Shown: positions 1-12,853 of the stretch, piece after piece
Layout of the letters: the number at the start of each line of letters is the position of its first letter
How positions within the stretch are numbered: position 1 is the stretch's first letter
NCBI GenBank assembly: GCA_951406725.2
Contig: OX597825.1
Coordinates: forward strand, 65,038,001 to 65,102,000
Reading direction: 5' to 3'
Source: Octopus vulgaris
Lineage: Eukaryota
Length of the DNA stretch: 64,000 nt
Made by a program: the position numbers and the translations under genes
Notes under the pieces: model-generated
The model's database searches: none
Seen by the model: only the letters and a program-made list of their open reading frames with translations
Told to the model about the DNA's origin: nothing

Positions 1-169
1 ATAAGCAAAAAATGCTTTTATGAAAAGTAACGATAGGGATACACAATTAGAAGAACTGAGATAAGAATTAAAGTAATAAAACTCATTATTGTGAATTGTT
101 AAAGAGATTCAAAAGCATTCCGGTTTCTACGTGTAGTTTCTATTTTCTTTTTGTAACATATTTCAATTA

Positions 170-240
<71 letters not shown>

Positions 241-245
<5 letters not shown>

Positions 246-361
246 AAGAGCGTAGTCTCGAAACGTCAAAGGATTTTCCATTCTTCCCGAGAGTTAAACT
301 AATACACCTATTTGTTGTTTGCTTGTCTGTGTTCGTCCTTTGTTTCCTGTAAATTTGAACT
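241..361 (+). mobile_element. Penelope-like terminal-repeat fragment (family F, copy 1) with degenerate hammerhead-like motif
   Basis: Similar to the reverse complements of 11417-11575 and 61005-61205 (shared TTAAACTAATACACCT.TTTGTTGTTT...TTCGTC.TTTG...GTAAATT). Motif TTGA-A-GAGCGTAGTCTC-GAAA-CG-TC-AAAGGA. Flanked by TA-rich microsatellite. Confidence 0.6.
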
Positions 362-2519
362 ATATGTATGTATGTATGCATATATTCGTGTCCAGGTATA
401 TGTATATATGTGTGTATATATATCGCGTGTATGTATATCTGCGTCTCTGTATGGCTCTTAACTTAGCATTTCAGGGAACTGATTTTCGGTAAGATGATTA
501 ATGAACTCTTTAACAGAGCTGATCTTATAAAATAAACTCTTGAATGTGGTACCTCAATATGGCCACAGTAAAACTGTATCGACTTCGTTCCTCCTCACTA
601 GACAATTGTTCGTGTGCTTCGGCGAAAAAAAATCACAGTATTATTATTATTACGAAGAATGTTTATCTCGACATGAATACACAACTATGTTTGACTTTGT
701 ACCTGATTAAGTTACTAAGTTGTTCTTTAAAACCTGTCATTAATATATCGTTATGTGGCTTCACACCCGTATAGTCAATCTCCACCCGACGTCTCTCTTT
801 CTTTCTTGCTCTTTTCATCTCTCTCTTTTTCACTCTCCTCTCTCTCTCTCTCTCTCTCTTTCTCATTAATACGTGTGAAAGAACAATAATTCTTGATAAT
901 ATCTCAGAGAAACCTGATAGCAAAATATTTGTCTTTCAAAAGAAAATCTTGAAAATATTCCGGACTAAGAAACAAACGGAAAAATATACATTCACTTATG
1001 TTTTGTTTCCTCTTGGCATCGTTTCAAGTGTTTTTTCTTCTTTCCTTTCATTTTTTTTTTAATCTCTTCTGTTTAGATAGCTAAACTTCTAAGTAATCCC
1101 ACTTGAACAGCCCTAGACTTTCAGAAGTCTTCTGCCAAAAAATTACAAGATAAACATAAATGTTTGTGAAAAAAATCGACCACCTGCACAGCTGAAATAT
1201 GAGCAAACCATTTCGATCACTATGCGTATAATATAATGTAGAAATTATTCAGATTTAAGAAATACATCTTTGCCAATATTTTCTCAGCAAGAACTTCTCT
1301 TTGTACACCTGCCTTTATTATAGAAATCTCTCAATATAGTAACCAGTTTGATATAACGTATTCAAGTAGAAGCGTAACCCTTTTACATGCATTTCTACCT
1401 ACCGCCAGCTATTCCCCTGCAAAACATTAAACACAATCTCTCTTGTGTACTCCTCACCCCTAAAGAAAACTGAACCCTTTTGTAAGTGATTCCACCTCTT
1501 ATGAACTCCCCAATATTTCACACTTAACGAAAAAATAATATGCTTGTAGCCTGTAATGAATCATCTCTTATTTCTACCTCAGGAATCCCTCAAAGCACAC
1601 AGCACTTTTCATCGCTTTCCTTGTAAGAAACAAAAGAAAAGTATAAACGAACATTTTACTCTGATCTGATCACAGAACATGTTTTTGTTCGTTCACTTTT
1701 TCTCATAGTGTTGCTATAGTAATTCTATAACCTGTGATGCCAGCTGTTATATTTTCTTTCATTTTCTTAGTTTCAACTTAAATTTCTTTACTTTCTCATG
1801 AAAGAAAGGATAAATCGCTTCTCTGTGTTTTTTTTTTAATCATTTCTGTCAGGTATTTTACAGCTTGTTGCGCTTTTCGAAGTTTAACTCTTCTATCTTA
1901 AATCACGCTCAGTTTATTTTGATAAATAAAATCAACGTTTGTAACTACCTTCCAAATAAACTACGTTTTATTTATTTTTTTAAAAAATTGAACGAGTTTA
2001 ATGAATGCTTGTAAACAATGTAAAAAAAAAAGAACCGTGATGTATTTTCAAACTAATTTTAACGAAACATTAGACACCTTAACTATACATTCCCAAACCA
2101 TTTCATTTAATTTTCCACTATATCTCGTTTTGGGCGTTTTGATCTTCGCTGAGTTACAATACTTGATGGAATAAAATCTACACAAAGCTACTTGTCAAGA
2201 TTGGAAGTTATCTCCGTATTTCAGATATCTTAAAATACACTATAGAATTAGTCACAGACGCGAACGAGAATTAACAAGGAAACCATATCATCATGATTTA
2301 CAAACGTTGCTTGTATTCAGACATACAAAGCGGTGTTAAGATCATTGTAAGGATTTCAATCCGGGACTGAATATAGAATTGTGGAAACCGTTTCAATGCG
2401 GTACTATAACAAGTAAGGGGTAGGTATTGATATTATTTAGGCAGCTTAACTCTAGATTAACTCTAAAGAAAGATGTTCCAGATTGAAGCACTTCATCATA
2501 TTATTGAGGATATATGTAT

Positions 2520-2840
2520 AGGCGTTCTGCCTTGCGTCCTTTCAGGATTGCTAAAGTACCAGTCATGTACGGGCCATTATGTAATCGACTAAGCTCCCCT
2601 CCCTCCATATAATTTCTGGCCCCTTGTTTATGTTAGAAATAATTAATTGTCTTCATAAATGAGGAATGCTTCGCGGCATTTCGTCCGTCTACATTCTGAG
2701 TCCAAATTCCAACGAAGTTGTCGTTACCTTTCATAATTTCGGGGTCGTTAAAATAAGCACTATTTAAGCAATGATACCGTGGTTCAAATCTCGCAGATGT
2801 TAAATTTGCCTTTCCTCCGTCCAGGCTCGATAAAATAGGA
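2520..2840 (+). mobile_element. Cluster of decayed SINE-A fragments
   Basis: Degenerate matches to the SINE-A motifs GCATTTCGTCCG...TTCTGAGTCCAAATTCC, TTTCGGGGTCG, AAGTACCAG and TAATCGACT. Confidence 0.65.
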
Positions 2841-3369
2841 TCAAACAAAACTTCACTCACTCTCAATCTCTCTTCCTCTCTCTCCTCCTGTCTCCCCTCC
2901 ACTCTCTCTCCCTCTCCCCTCCCTTCTCTATGTCTCTTGCTCTCCACTCTTCACCCACCCATATCCCCAACTCTCTCCCTCTCAGATTTAAACTCTCGTT
3001 CTTGTTCTTTTTTTTTTCTCTCTCTCTCTCCTACTATCCTTTATTCTCTCTGTTTGTTTCTCTCTCTTTCTCTCTCTCTCTCTCTCTTTCTGAATTTTCC
3101 TCCTTGTGGGAACCTTCGTGGACGATTCCCTTTCTCAGAATGGTGAAAGTTTGAGGGAGAGGTCAATAATCCGTTTGAATAAAAGTAACAAAAAAATGTT
3201 CAGGCTATTGGTCGAGTGCTATAACATAACGTTGTGTAACGTATCACAAAACGGAAATAATGAAATTATTAAACATTTGAATCGCTTCTCGAATTATACA
3301 GAACAGTTCAGATATCTACGATTGTTGTTTGTTTGTCGAGCAGAGGAACGAAAACAAATGTAACCGAGC

Positions 3370-3414
3370 GAAAATATGATATATGTATATATACATATAT
3401 GTGTATATAGATGC

Positions 3415-3455
<41 letters not shown>

Positions 3456-3470
3456 TGTGTATATAGATGC

Positions 3471-3525
<55 letters not shown>

Positions 3526-3630
3526 CGTATACGACGGACGCCTTTCAGTTTCCGTCTACCAAAATGTACTCAAAAGGCTTTGGTCAGCCCGAGGCTATAG
3601 CAGAAGACACTTGCCTAAGGTGCCACACAG
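3370..3630 (-). mobile_element. Partial SINE-B with expanded internal TA/TG microsatellite
   Basis: 3530-3630 matches 62580-62680 (TTTCAGTTTCCGTCTACC...GGCTTTGGTC.GCCCGAGGCTATAG.AGAAGACACTTGCC). Confidence 0.85.
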
Positions 3631-4781
3631 CGAAAATAAAATTTACATTCTATTATCATTAATTGCTTGACTGACGCGCACACACTCGCCCATATACACA
3701 CAATGACATTTATGATACACAAATCCATGTGTATATGTTCCATTTTCATTATATGTGATTAAGTAGAAGCATCTAAATTGAGAGAAACACGGACGGGTTA
3801 CGAGGGATAGAAAGACAAAGGTGTAGTTTATACTCACATAAATCTCTTGCGTGTGTGTGTGTTTGTGTGTATGTGTGTGTGTGTATATGTGTGTATGTGT
3901 GTGAAGAGAGGGAGGGTATGTGATAAAGGGAAAAGGTTTGGAGGAAAAGAATTAGGAGAACGTGATGAAATATTGCATAAACTATTTACATAACAGCATT
4001 GCAATAATATTAAATAGACTTGCAGTCAATCACTGCAAACTGCTAGTCTCCGTATATTTCTATAAGAACGCAGATTGTTGTGTTATTAGCCTCAGCAATT
4101 TCTATTTAATATTCATACGTTCAGCATATATCTTAGCGATCGTATACTATGTTTTGTTACCAGGTTAGGGAAGCATTTCCCATAGACGTCATATTTTATA
4201 ATTAAATATAAAGTCAGTATTTTTAAAGTCTGCTATAAATCCCTCATATTAACATGCATACTACGTACGAAATAAACACTTCGAAATGATAATGTTATGT
4301 TCGATATAAGCAAAGTAACATCGTCAGTGTACAATAGTCGTTATGACAATAGTCTAACAAAAGACTTAATTAAAGGAAATATGAACTAAAATTCACTTCC
4401 AAATATATGCAATAATTTCTAAAGCCTTAGGCATGCATTACTTAAGAAGACAGAATGGTTTAAAAGCATGTTTTATGAAAAATAGTACTTTATATATCTA
4501 AATATGTCCATTTGCTGACTTTGCAAAGATATGTCTGTATAGGGTTTTCGATGTTTGATAGCAGAGGTAAAACACAGAAAACTCGTTATTATTGTAAACT
4601 AAATATACCTGTAACAATATAGGATAATTAAGTTAGTTAATGGTAAATTAGTGAATGGATTCACTGCGGCACCTTACATAGATCCACGTTCGATATTTGA
4701 AAAAATTCCACAAAATATTCTGTTCTGTAATAGCCGATTAACTAGCATAGGTATATCAACAAACTCAAGGACATGTGTGTG

Positions 4782-4826
<45 letters not shown>

Positions 4827-5149
4827 ACTTCACGTTTGCATGTGTGTCTGTTATATCAACAGAAATAAGCCTGCCAAAACCGATTTTGTTTTGCCTGGAG
4901 GTTCGTAAGGAAGCCACTATCAATATTTCTCCCTAACATACAATAGTAAATAAAACAATACACTTTCTATGAGTCATTATTTTGTATGGAACTCATTGAA
5001 AGACTTTGTGGCTTGAGTTCTTTATTCTACGTCACCTGAACATTTACCTATTTCATCCAACTTTCTGCGAGAATCCGTAAGGAGGGAGATTCTTGATTTT
5101 CGACTTTTCATATAAATTATGTAACAGCATTTTTATTATAATAAAAATG

Positions 5150-5352
5150 ATAATCGTTTCTGCTATAGGCACAAGGATTGAAAGTTGGTGGGTGGAGGCT
5201 AGTCGAGCACATTGACCTAGTTCTCAACTGGTACTTATTTCATCGACCCAGAAAATATGAAAAGCAAATCGAACTTAGCGGAATTTCAACTCAGAACGTA
5301 CACACCTGAAGAAACGGTGCTGAGCTAACAGTTCTGACAGCACGCCGAATTA
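5150..5352 (-). mobile_element. Old SINE-A (short-tail type)
   Basis: ACTGGTACTTATTTCATCGACCC...GGAATTTCAACTCAGAACGTA in reverse orientation; tail GGCACAAGG. Confidence 0.8.
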
Positions 5353-5376
5353 ATAATAACAACAACAAAAACAATA

Positions 5377-5429
<53 letters not shown>

Positions 5430-6648
5430 AAACTACTCTCCAAACACACAACAGTTACATTAACACACAAATAATTGGATTACCATTCATTTGTTAATTG
5501 TTAATGACCAATCGATTGTTGTCCTCCCATTTATCTATGCTCTGAAATCCAGACATTCTGGTAGTATTCAGCTTGATTGTTTTGTTTCATTGTTTTCTGG
5601 GGGATAATTGTAAGTGAGCTGGTAAACTTTTGTTAATTTTTAAGCTTCATGTCAAATCTGAAGACCAACCTTATGACCAAATACCTTTTCGTTATGGCTA
5701 GCCAGTCATTTTATTTTCAGGTACAATGTACTTAGATCTATATTACGCAAAATATCCTTTCAGTTTTAAGACCGTACGGTCTGATACGATGAGATTTGTC
5801 TACTCTTTCTAGGAGGTTGACTGACCACATACACTCAGAAATCGATATGCTGTATCGACCGCTCTGAAATGTATTTCCTGTGTGTTCGATATAATTCATC
5901 TTTAGCATAGCACCTTCTATCGATACACTAATGGGCCTTTATGAGGCACTAGTCAATAAATAGACATGATATTGTTCTGATGTAGTTTGATTCTAACAGT
6001 TGTTTTCACTTGTTCGTAGAAGCACTCTTAATTAATCCTATTGCTTTCAACTATCAAAGCTATGCTTTTCTATAGAAATATAGTTAACTTTTATGCTGCT
6101 TTTATTGAACACGACAAGCATAAACAATACAGTGTAAATTCAATTCTTCAGAAATGGAGAGAAATAACATTTCATCACTTACTCTTCAAATATCACAGTA
6201 TATATAGAGATGAAAGGGTACTAGAAATCTTTAATAAGTTTTTTTTTCTCTCTGTTGCTCAAACTGCAATGCATTACGTTAACTATTCGAGGAATAGAAC
6301 ATTTATAAGCAAATAACTCAGGTACTCAAGTGGAGACAAGAGGAATTAGAGAACAAAGTACAAAAAAACGTGAACAAGTACGTTTAAATGTTGACCTACC
6401 ATTATAATTGCTGGCAACAAAAAAAAAGCTACTGTGTAAGGCTGTATATGGATGGCATTGACATGGCAGAAATAGCAGTCAAGTACTCTGCTAAAGAAAC
6501 ACCAAAGTCCTAAGAAAGTGCCTGCTGGATAATGAAGGTGAGGAGAGGGGGAAATAGGGGAAACGTCCCTTCAGGTATGCTTTCGAGTGATCGTGGCTGA
6601 TATGGACTGAATCTACCATTACTACTACTACTATTACTACTACAACTG

Positions 6649-6680
<32 letters not shown>

Positions 6681-6690
6681 GCTGCTGCTG

Positions 6691-6748
<58 letters not shown>

Positions 6749-6864
6749 CACTACTACTACTACAGAATGCAAACGGTAAAAGTAGAGCCCTTATTTGGTA
6801 GTTCGACATGACATGCTAGAAATAATTTTCATTTACCTACATATATATATATATGAGAGAAGTG

Positions 6865-7100
6865 CATCGTATATATATATATATATATGCATGTATATTT
6901 GTGTGTCTGTGTTTGTCCCCCCCCCACTACCATTTCTTGACAACCGATCCCGTCGTGTTTACGTCCCCGTAACATAGCGGGTCAGCAAAGAGACCGATAG
7001 GATAGCTACTAGGCTTACAAAGTGTGAGTCCAGGGTCGATTTCTTCGACTAAAGGTGTTGCTCCAGCATGGCTGCATTCAAATGACTGAAACCAATAAAG
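6865..7100 (+). mobile_element. 3' half of SINE-B
   Basis: TTGACAACCGAT...TACGTCCCCGTAAC...GCTCCAGCATGGCTGCA.TCAAATGACTGAAAC matches full copies. Confidence 0.9.
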
Positions 7101-7105
7101 GAAGG

Positions 7106-7136
<31 letters not shown>

Positions 7137-7492
7137 CTGCTGATCGCAACAACTCGTGAGCCGATGTTTTATATCAGCTTTCAACCTGCAGAGACGTTTC
7201 CAATTGAGGCCTTTATTGTTTCTTTTCACTATGAATGTCGAGGTGCACTCGGCGATAGGATCATCTCATCTTGTTTTTTGGTGCATAAGCGGACAACCGA
7301 TTATGTTGGAAGTTATTAATTTAACTCACATTACAATTGGAAGTTTTTATCATGAAAGCAAATGTAGTTTTTGAGAGTTTAGCGACTCATTTTAACAAAA
7401 GAAGGCTTTTGATTCACTTCGAACGTGCACCATTAAGGGATGCGTATTGCTACCCGTTAAGCGTCAGGCAGTTTTGAATATTTCAACTAATA

Positions 7493-7670
7493 ATCCTTTC
7501 TAAAATAGTAACATTTTAGGAGTGACGGGGGCTAGTCGATTACATTAAACCCAGAAAGAACGAAAATATAGTCTTCCTGGGCACTATTTGATATCAGGAT
7601 GTAAAGCCGGAAAAAATGCCGCCGTAAAATTTTCTCTAGCGCGCTAACGAACCTGCTAGCTAATCACCGC
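7493..7670 (-). mobile_element. Old SINE-A
   Basis: GGGGGCTAGTCGATTACAT and GCGCTAACGAACCTGCTAGCT are degenerate SINE-A motifs. Confidence 0.6.
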
Positions 7671-8202
7671 ATTTCCGCTAATACTCGATATAAGGAGACA
7701 AAATCATTGAACAGGCGTTTAAAATAGAATAACATTTTAGTATCCTCTGAAATACAAACATAATATTTATCATCTTTACGTTACAAAACGCTTTATAGCG
7801 TTTATTTATTTATGAAAAACCATATAAACTCCAACATTGTTATGACGAAGGACCTTTCAAAGATTTCTGAAGTATGTTTTGGAAATATTTAAATTATTTC
7901 ATGTATGATTTAAAATGATATAACAAGTAAATAAATGATAGATCTTAAAACATTTTTCAATGTAAATATTTGCTATACGTGTAGAAATATTATTCGTACA
8001 ACTTAATTAAACAATATTATAGTTAAAATTTTTATATTTTGTATTTCTTTTTCCGAAAATACTTAGCTGATAAATCAGAGTTTACTGGTACTTATGTTCT
8101 TTTTAAGAGTCACTATGATATTAAACCAAATTATTCTGTTAAATATTTTTTGTCTGATATTTATTATTATGTCTATTGATGTTGTTGTTGTTGTTATTAT
8201 TG

Positions 8203-8282
<80 letters not shown>

Positions 8283-8283
<1 letters not shown>

Positions 8284-8430
8284 GGCGGTGAGCTGGGGCT
8301 GGCAGACTTGCTAGCGCGCTGAGGATAATTTTAGTGACATTTTGTCTGTTTTAACATTCTATGTTCAAGCACTGCCGAGTTCAACTTTGTCTTTCATCCT
8401 TTCGGAGTAAATAAAAAAAGTACCTCTTGA
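8283..8430 (+). mobile_element. SINE-A starting directly after a (TTA)n tract
   Basis: AGGCGGTGAGCTGG head; CCGAGTTCAACTTTGTCTTTCATCCTTTCGG central domain. Confidence 0.8.
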
Positions 8431-8459
8431 ACATTACTATTATCATTATTATTATTATT

Positions 8460-9013
8460 GAGTGAGAGAACAGGGCATGCCATCAAAGTGACACTGGGGT
8501 AAAATATACGAAGCCCAGTATACCCATCATGACTACCCGTCTGATAAGGGTTCACTAGGTACGTACATCACAACCATATGTGCGCGACATGGTGATCTCA
8601 TATCAAGATAAACAGCACATGACCTTGCAGGTGGAGCCCAGTTAGAATTTTCTTCTGGTCGGGTAACCCATCCCACTCAAAAGGTCCCTGGTTAAGGGTT
8701 GTTTAAGGATGTTGAACGAAACACCCATGTTTCCAACGGTGAATTATTCAAACCCCAAAGAATCCCTCTCAACACATGGCTATGATGCTCTCCCATTACT
8801 CCTGTTCATGATCATAGATGCACATATCGTCAGCCACTAAGGGAGATGCTCAACTGTTTAAGGTCAAGCAACTGATAAGCAAATCTGTGGTACTGAGCAG
8901 AATATTTGCTGTAGCCCATCTTTTATACCAAGACAAATCAATGTACATGATAACACTTCCAATCAGTTAAGATCAGAAGTCACGAGAGCCACTGCCTGGT
9001 ACTGCATCAGGGC
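8460..9013. mobile_element. ~555-bp non-coding element (family E) embedded in (TTA)n
   Basis: 8460-8648 is highly similar to the reverse complement of 19507-19694. Both copies are flanked on each side by TAA/TTA repeats. No ORF seen. Orientation not determined. Confidence 0.8.
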
Positions 9014-9085
<72 letters not shown>

Positions 9086-9340
9086 CATTATTATTATTTA
9101 ACCAATTTTATTCTTATAATGTCTGAAACACAGCGCTTCATCACGATGAGAGTTTGCTTTATTGAAGGAATTACAGATAAGTGCAAACATTTTCATTAGA
9201 TTATTGTGTTGATGGGTTCCTTTGTCTTCAAAATCGCATTTATTTGTTTGTACATCCAAGGAATATCTATAGAATTATCTATTCATAAACTTTTATAAAT
9301 TGCGATGTTTATGCGTAACTCATAAACTAGCTTCCATCTA

Positions 9341-9620
9341 AATCGTTAGCATGCCGGGCAAAATGCGGCGAGCTGGCAGAAACGTTAGCTCGCCGGACGA
9401 AATGCGTGGCCGTATTTCGTCCGCCGTTACGTTCTGAGTTCAAATTCCGCCGAGGTCGACTTTGTCTTTCATCCTTTCGGGGTCGATAAATTAAGTACCA
9501 GTTACGCACTGGGGTCGATGTAATCGACTTAATCTCCTTGTATGTCCTCTCTGTGTTTAGCCCCTTGTGGGTAGTAAAGAAATAGGTATTTCGTCTGCTG
9601 CTACGTTCTGAGTTCAAATT
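9341..9620 (+). mobile_element. Long-tail SINE-A (9365-9584) nested in a partial SINE-A
   Basis: Host head AATCGTTAGCATGCCGGGCAAAATGC, then a full element, then resumption GGTATTTCGTCTG...TTCTGAGTTCAAATT at 9585. Confidence 0.85.
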
Positions 9621-10069
9621 TGGTATTTATATTCCCTATCGTAATGAGTCTTTTATCTCGATATAAACCATACAGCAGATTATTAAACGCATGAAATAAA
9701 AAACTTTTGCTAAATTTCACTAGATAAAATGAATTATATTTTAATTATATTTTAATCCAAGATTGTTATAATATAACCAGTAATCCCCGCGGACATGTTG
9801 TTATTCCTACATTAAAACACTACCTGAAATATTTCTTGGCGAAATTTAATACTATATTTTGAGACACATTCATTTACTAACTGATACACGACAGTGACAT
9901 CAAAATCGCTAACTTTATATATATGCTCATTACTTATCTTATTGAGTAGGTTCATGATCTATAAACGAAAATCTGATTATTTGTTTACTTCTAAAAATAA
10001 TAGTGCCTGAACGTTCAACTCAATACGCTTTAAATTGAATTTTTTAAACTAAAACATAAATTACTTATA

Positions 10070-10302
10070 TATTTTTTTATTGCCCACAAGGGGCTAAAGA
10101 TAGAGGTGACAAACAAAGACAGACAAAGGGTTTTAGTCGATTACATCGACCGCAGTGCGTAACTGGTACTTTATTTATCGACCCCGAAAGGATGAAGAGC
10201 AAAGTCGACCTCGGCGGAATTTGAACTCAGAACGTAACGGCAGACGAAATACGGCTTCGCATTTCGCCCGGCGAGCTAACGATTCTGCCAGCTCGCCGCC
10301 TT
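10070..10302 (-). mobile_element. Full-length long-tail SINE-A monomer with 18-bp TSD
   Basis: [21 protein letters not shown] at 10052-10069 and 10303-10320. Pol III A-box-like (TGGCAGAATCG) and B-box (GTTCAAAT) motifs in the head. Confidence 0.95.
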
Positions 10303-10559
10303 AAACATAAATTACTTATAATTGTATGGTGGTATTCCATAGATATTATGTATGATCTTGCAATACTGTCGTATATGTCTAGCTCGATAGCTATTTCTGG
10401 AGTTCTAAATTTCTGGAGCTGCGTGTGGAATCTTTACCCATCGCATAAACTGTTAACTTCATATATATGTTTTAGATTTCTCCATGTTATTAAATATATT
10501 AGCTTTGAAAATATTCTAAATAACATCTAACATTTTGTTGCATTATGCTGGTCGTTGTT

Positions 10560-11130
10560 TGAAACTTAACTCTTCTAATCGAAGCCAAGAGAATGTGTTC
10601 CATAGTTCGTCCAGAAGTGGATACTTCTGGTTCTTATATGTTTGTATGCCTGGTATTTTTTGGTGTGCTGAGCCTTTCACATCGAGGTTTTGTTTGAGGT
10701 AATCTAGTCCAGCTAATTTGGGTGATATTAGAGGTCACCAGTAAGATAGTGGTTCCTGAAGTGCTCGCTGACGAAACATACGATATTGTTCACTTCACTT
10801 TTCAGCACTGTGTTAACGCATTTACTTCGCAGCTTTTGTTCAACAAGTGCTGTCTGAAAGAGAGACTACACGATATTTGAAGAGTGACTGCATTGATCTC
10901 AAGCTTCAAACTCCTTTATCTCTTCTTAGGTAGAGACTGTCGATATCGCTATTTTTGTGGAGATTTCCAGTTCATATCAGTATCTTGGAGTTTAACGTCT
11001 ATGGAGTGGATTTCTTGTACAGTCTAGTGAGCTACCCCAAATGATAGAATCATCACTGGTACTGACAATGCACTGTAGGATATTGGTCTGTTGTAAGAGG
11101 AGAGTTTGGGTTGCCATATTTTTGTGTCTG
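10560..11130 (-). pseudogene. Decayed R4/Dong-clade non-LTR retrotransposon ORF fragment (post-RT region)
   Basis: Manual minus-strand translation across stops and frameshifts: KIWQPKLSSYNRPISYSALSVPVMILSFGVAH*TVQEIHSIDVK...KILI*TGNLHKNSDIDSLYLRRDKGV*SL. This resembles the R4-clade pattern FG...W..E...ID.K.RK.L...G..H..SD.DRLY..R..GGRGL. Best supported over 10840-11125. Confidence 0.7.
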
Positions 11131-11169
11131 GCATATGTACGTATGTACGAATATATGCATACACACACA

Positions 11170-11217
<48 letters not shown>

Positions 11218-11416
11218 ACAGCTAGTCGGCTCTGGCTAGTCAGCTAGTCAGCTGAAGACATCTCCGAAAAGCAGGGACCCGCCACGTCGAATATGGTGGT
11301 GGACTAGGAGTCAAAGCTGGTCGTTGTTCCTCCTGATGATGTCCTTAGCCACTAGATCCTATAAAGGAGCTGTTGAGGTAGCGAATCACGAAACGTGGTT
11401 GAAATTCATATATATG

Positions 11417-11575
11417 TAGTTGGAATTTACAAAAAACAAAAGACGAAGATAGGTGTGTAAACAACAAACAGGTGTATTAGTTTAACCATCAGGAAGTTGA
11501 TAAAGTCTTTTACTTTTCGAGCCTGCGCTCTTCAACAGAAAAGAACACGAGGATACAATACGGAGAGAGAAAAGT
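11417..11575 (-). mobile_element. Family F copy 2 with hammerhead-like motif (11505-11544)
   Basis: Minus strand reads TCTTTT-CTGTTGA-A-GAGC-GCAG-GCTC-GAAA-AG-TA-AAAGAC; the rest aligns with copies 1 and 3. Confidence 0.65.
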
Positions 11576-11879
11576 AATGATGAAATAGAATAGCAAGAAT
11601 ATATAAATATTTCCATTATATAAAATTTAATATTGATTTTTCGGGAATAATTTCTTGAAATAAATTTACTGTTATTTTCAGAGCAATATGTGTATATATC
11701 TCCACAATGTTTGCATTATCTTCTAAATGTCTGGGCTTCCAGCATTTTGTGATGTGTGAATAAAATTTATTTTTCCAATTTAAGTATTTATGAAATATTC
11801 AATGGAAATATTGCAAATGTTTCGTATAATAAATAACCTTATGAAAATACATTCACAATCTATTTAAATATTAGAATAT

Positions 11880-12069
11880 TGATAACGATCAATATGAGTA
11901 TAATGGCAATAATAAGGATGACGTTTTTGACGGTGAGAATGACGATTATGACAACATTAATAATAATACATATTATTATTATCATTATTATTATAAATAT
12001 TATTATTATAAATATTATTATTATTAATATTATTATTATTAATATTATTATTATTAATAATATCATTAT

Positions 12070-12135
<66 letters not shown>

Positions 12136-12255
12136 TATCATTGCTGTTGTTATTTCATTGATAACAATAATAAGAATAATAGCAATAATAATGATAATAA
12201 CGATGATAATAATAATAATAATAATAATGATAATAATGATAATAATAATAATATC
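11880..12255. repeat. Degenerate (TAA)/(TTA) microsatellite complex with strand switches
   Basis: Direct reading; it explains the poly-Ile ORFs. Confidence 0.95.
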
Positions 12256-12541
12256 TAAAACTCAAGTATAAAAAAACTTGTTTGTGTGTACAAGGAAGCC
12301 AGAGGGAAATTTAAAAAGTTAAAAATAAAACTACACCTTCATTCACTAAACTGGTGAAAGGCAAATCATTCTTATAGCTAACAAGTTGTAAAACTTTAGA
12401 AACGCAGATGTTATGTAAATACACTCGCAGCGGTCTCCTAGAATTGTAACACGACCGTACTTTGATAATAGCAATCGTCACAGACAAAGGGGATCTAAGG
12501 AAATATGTTAGACATTATTGTCAATAACACTCCAGAAAGTG

Positions 12542-12853
12542 GCACTCCGTCGGTTACGACGACGTGGGGTGTATTTGATCCGGCCTACGGAACAGCCTGC
12601 TCGTGAAATTAACGTTCAAGTGACTGAGCACTCCACAGCCACGTGTATCCTTAACGTAGTTCCCAGCGTGACACAGAATGTGACAATGCTGGCTCTTTGA
12701 AATACAAGTACTACTCATTTTTTCCTGCTGAGTAGACTGGAGCAACGTGAAATAAAGTTTCTTGCTCAAAGACACAACGTATCACCAGGAACGAAACTGA
12801 CGACCTTGCAATCGTGGGCCAAAACCTATAACTACTAAGCCATGTGCTTTCAC
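12542..12853 (-). mobile_element. SINE-C/D type: tRNA-like head + middle 1 + tail D
   Basis: 12710-12853 matches the head and middle of 38616-38867; 12542-12705 matches 26079-26255. Confidence 0.85.

Noticed and set aside
8795-8840. CTGACGA...GAA hammerhead-like motif on the minus strand of family E
   Set aside because: GAAC instead of GAAA and no stem I/III pairing.
1820-10935. Other AG|GT juxtapositions (about 1851, 4163, 5720, 10929)
   Set aside because: Weak donors or short pyrimidine tracts; one lies inside a TE relic.
11251-11275. CTGAAGA-CATCTCC-GAAA
   Set aside because: No stem II can form.
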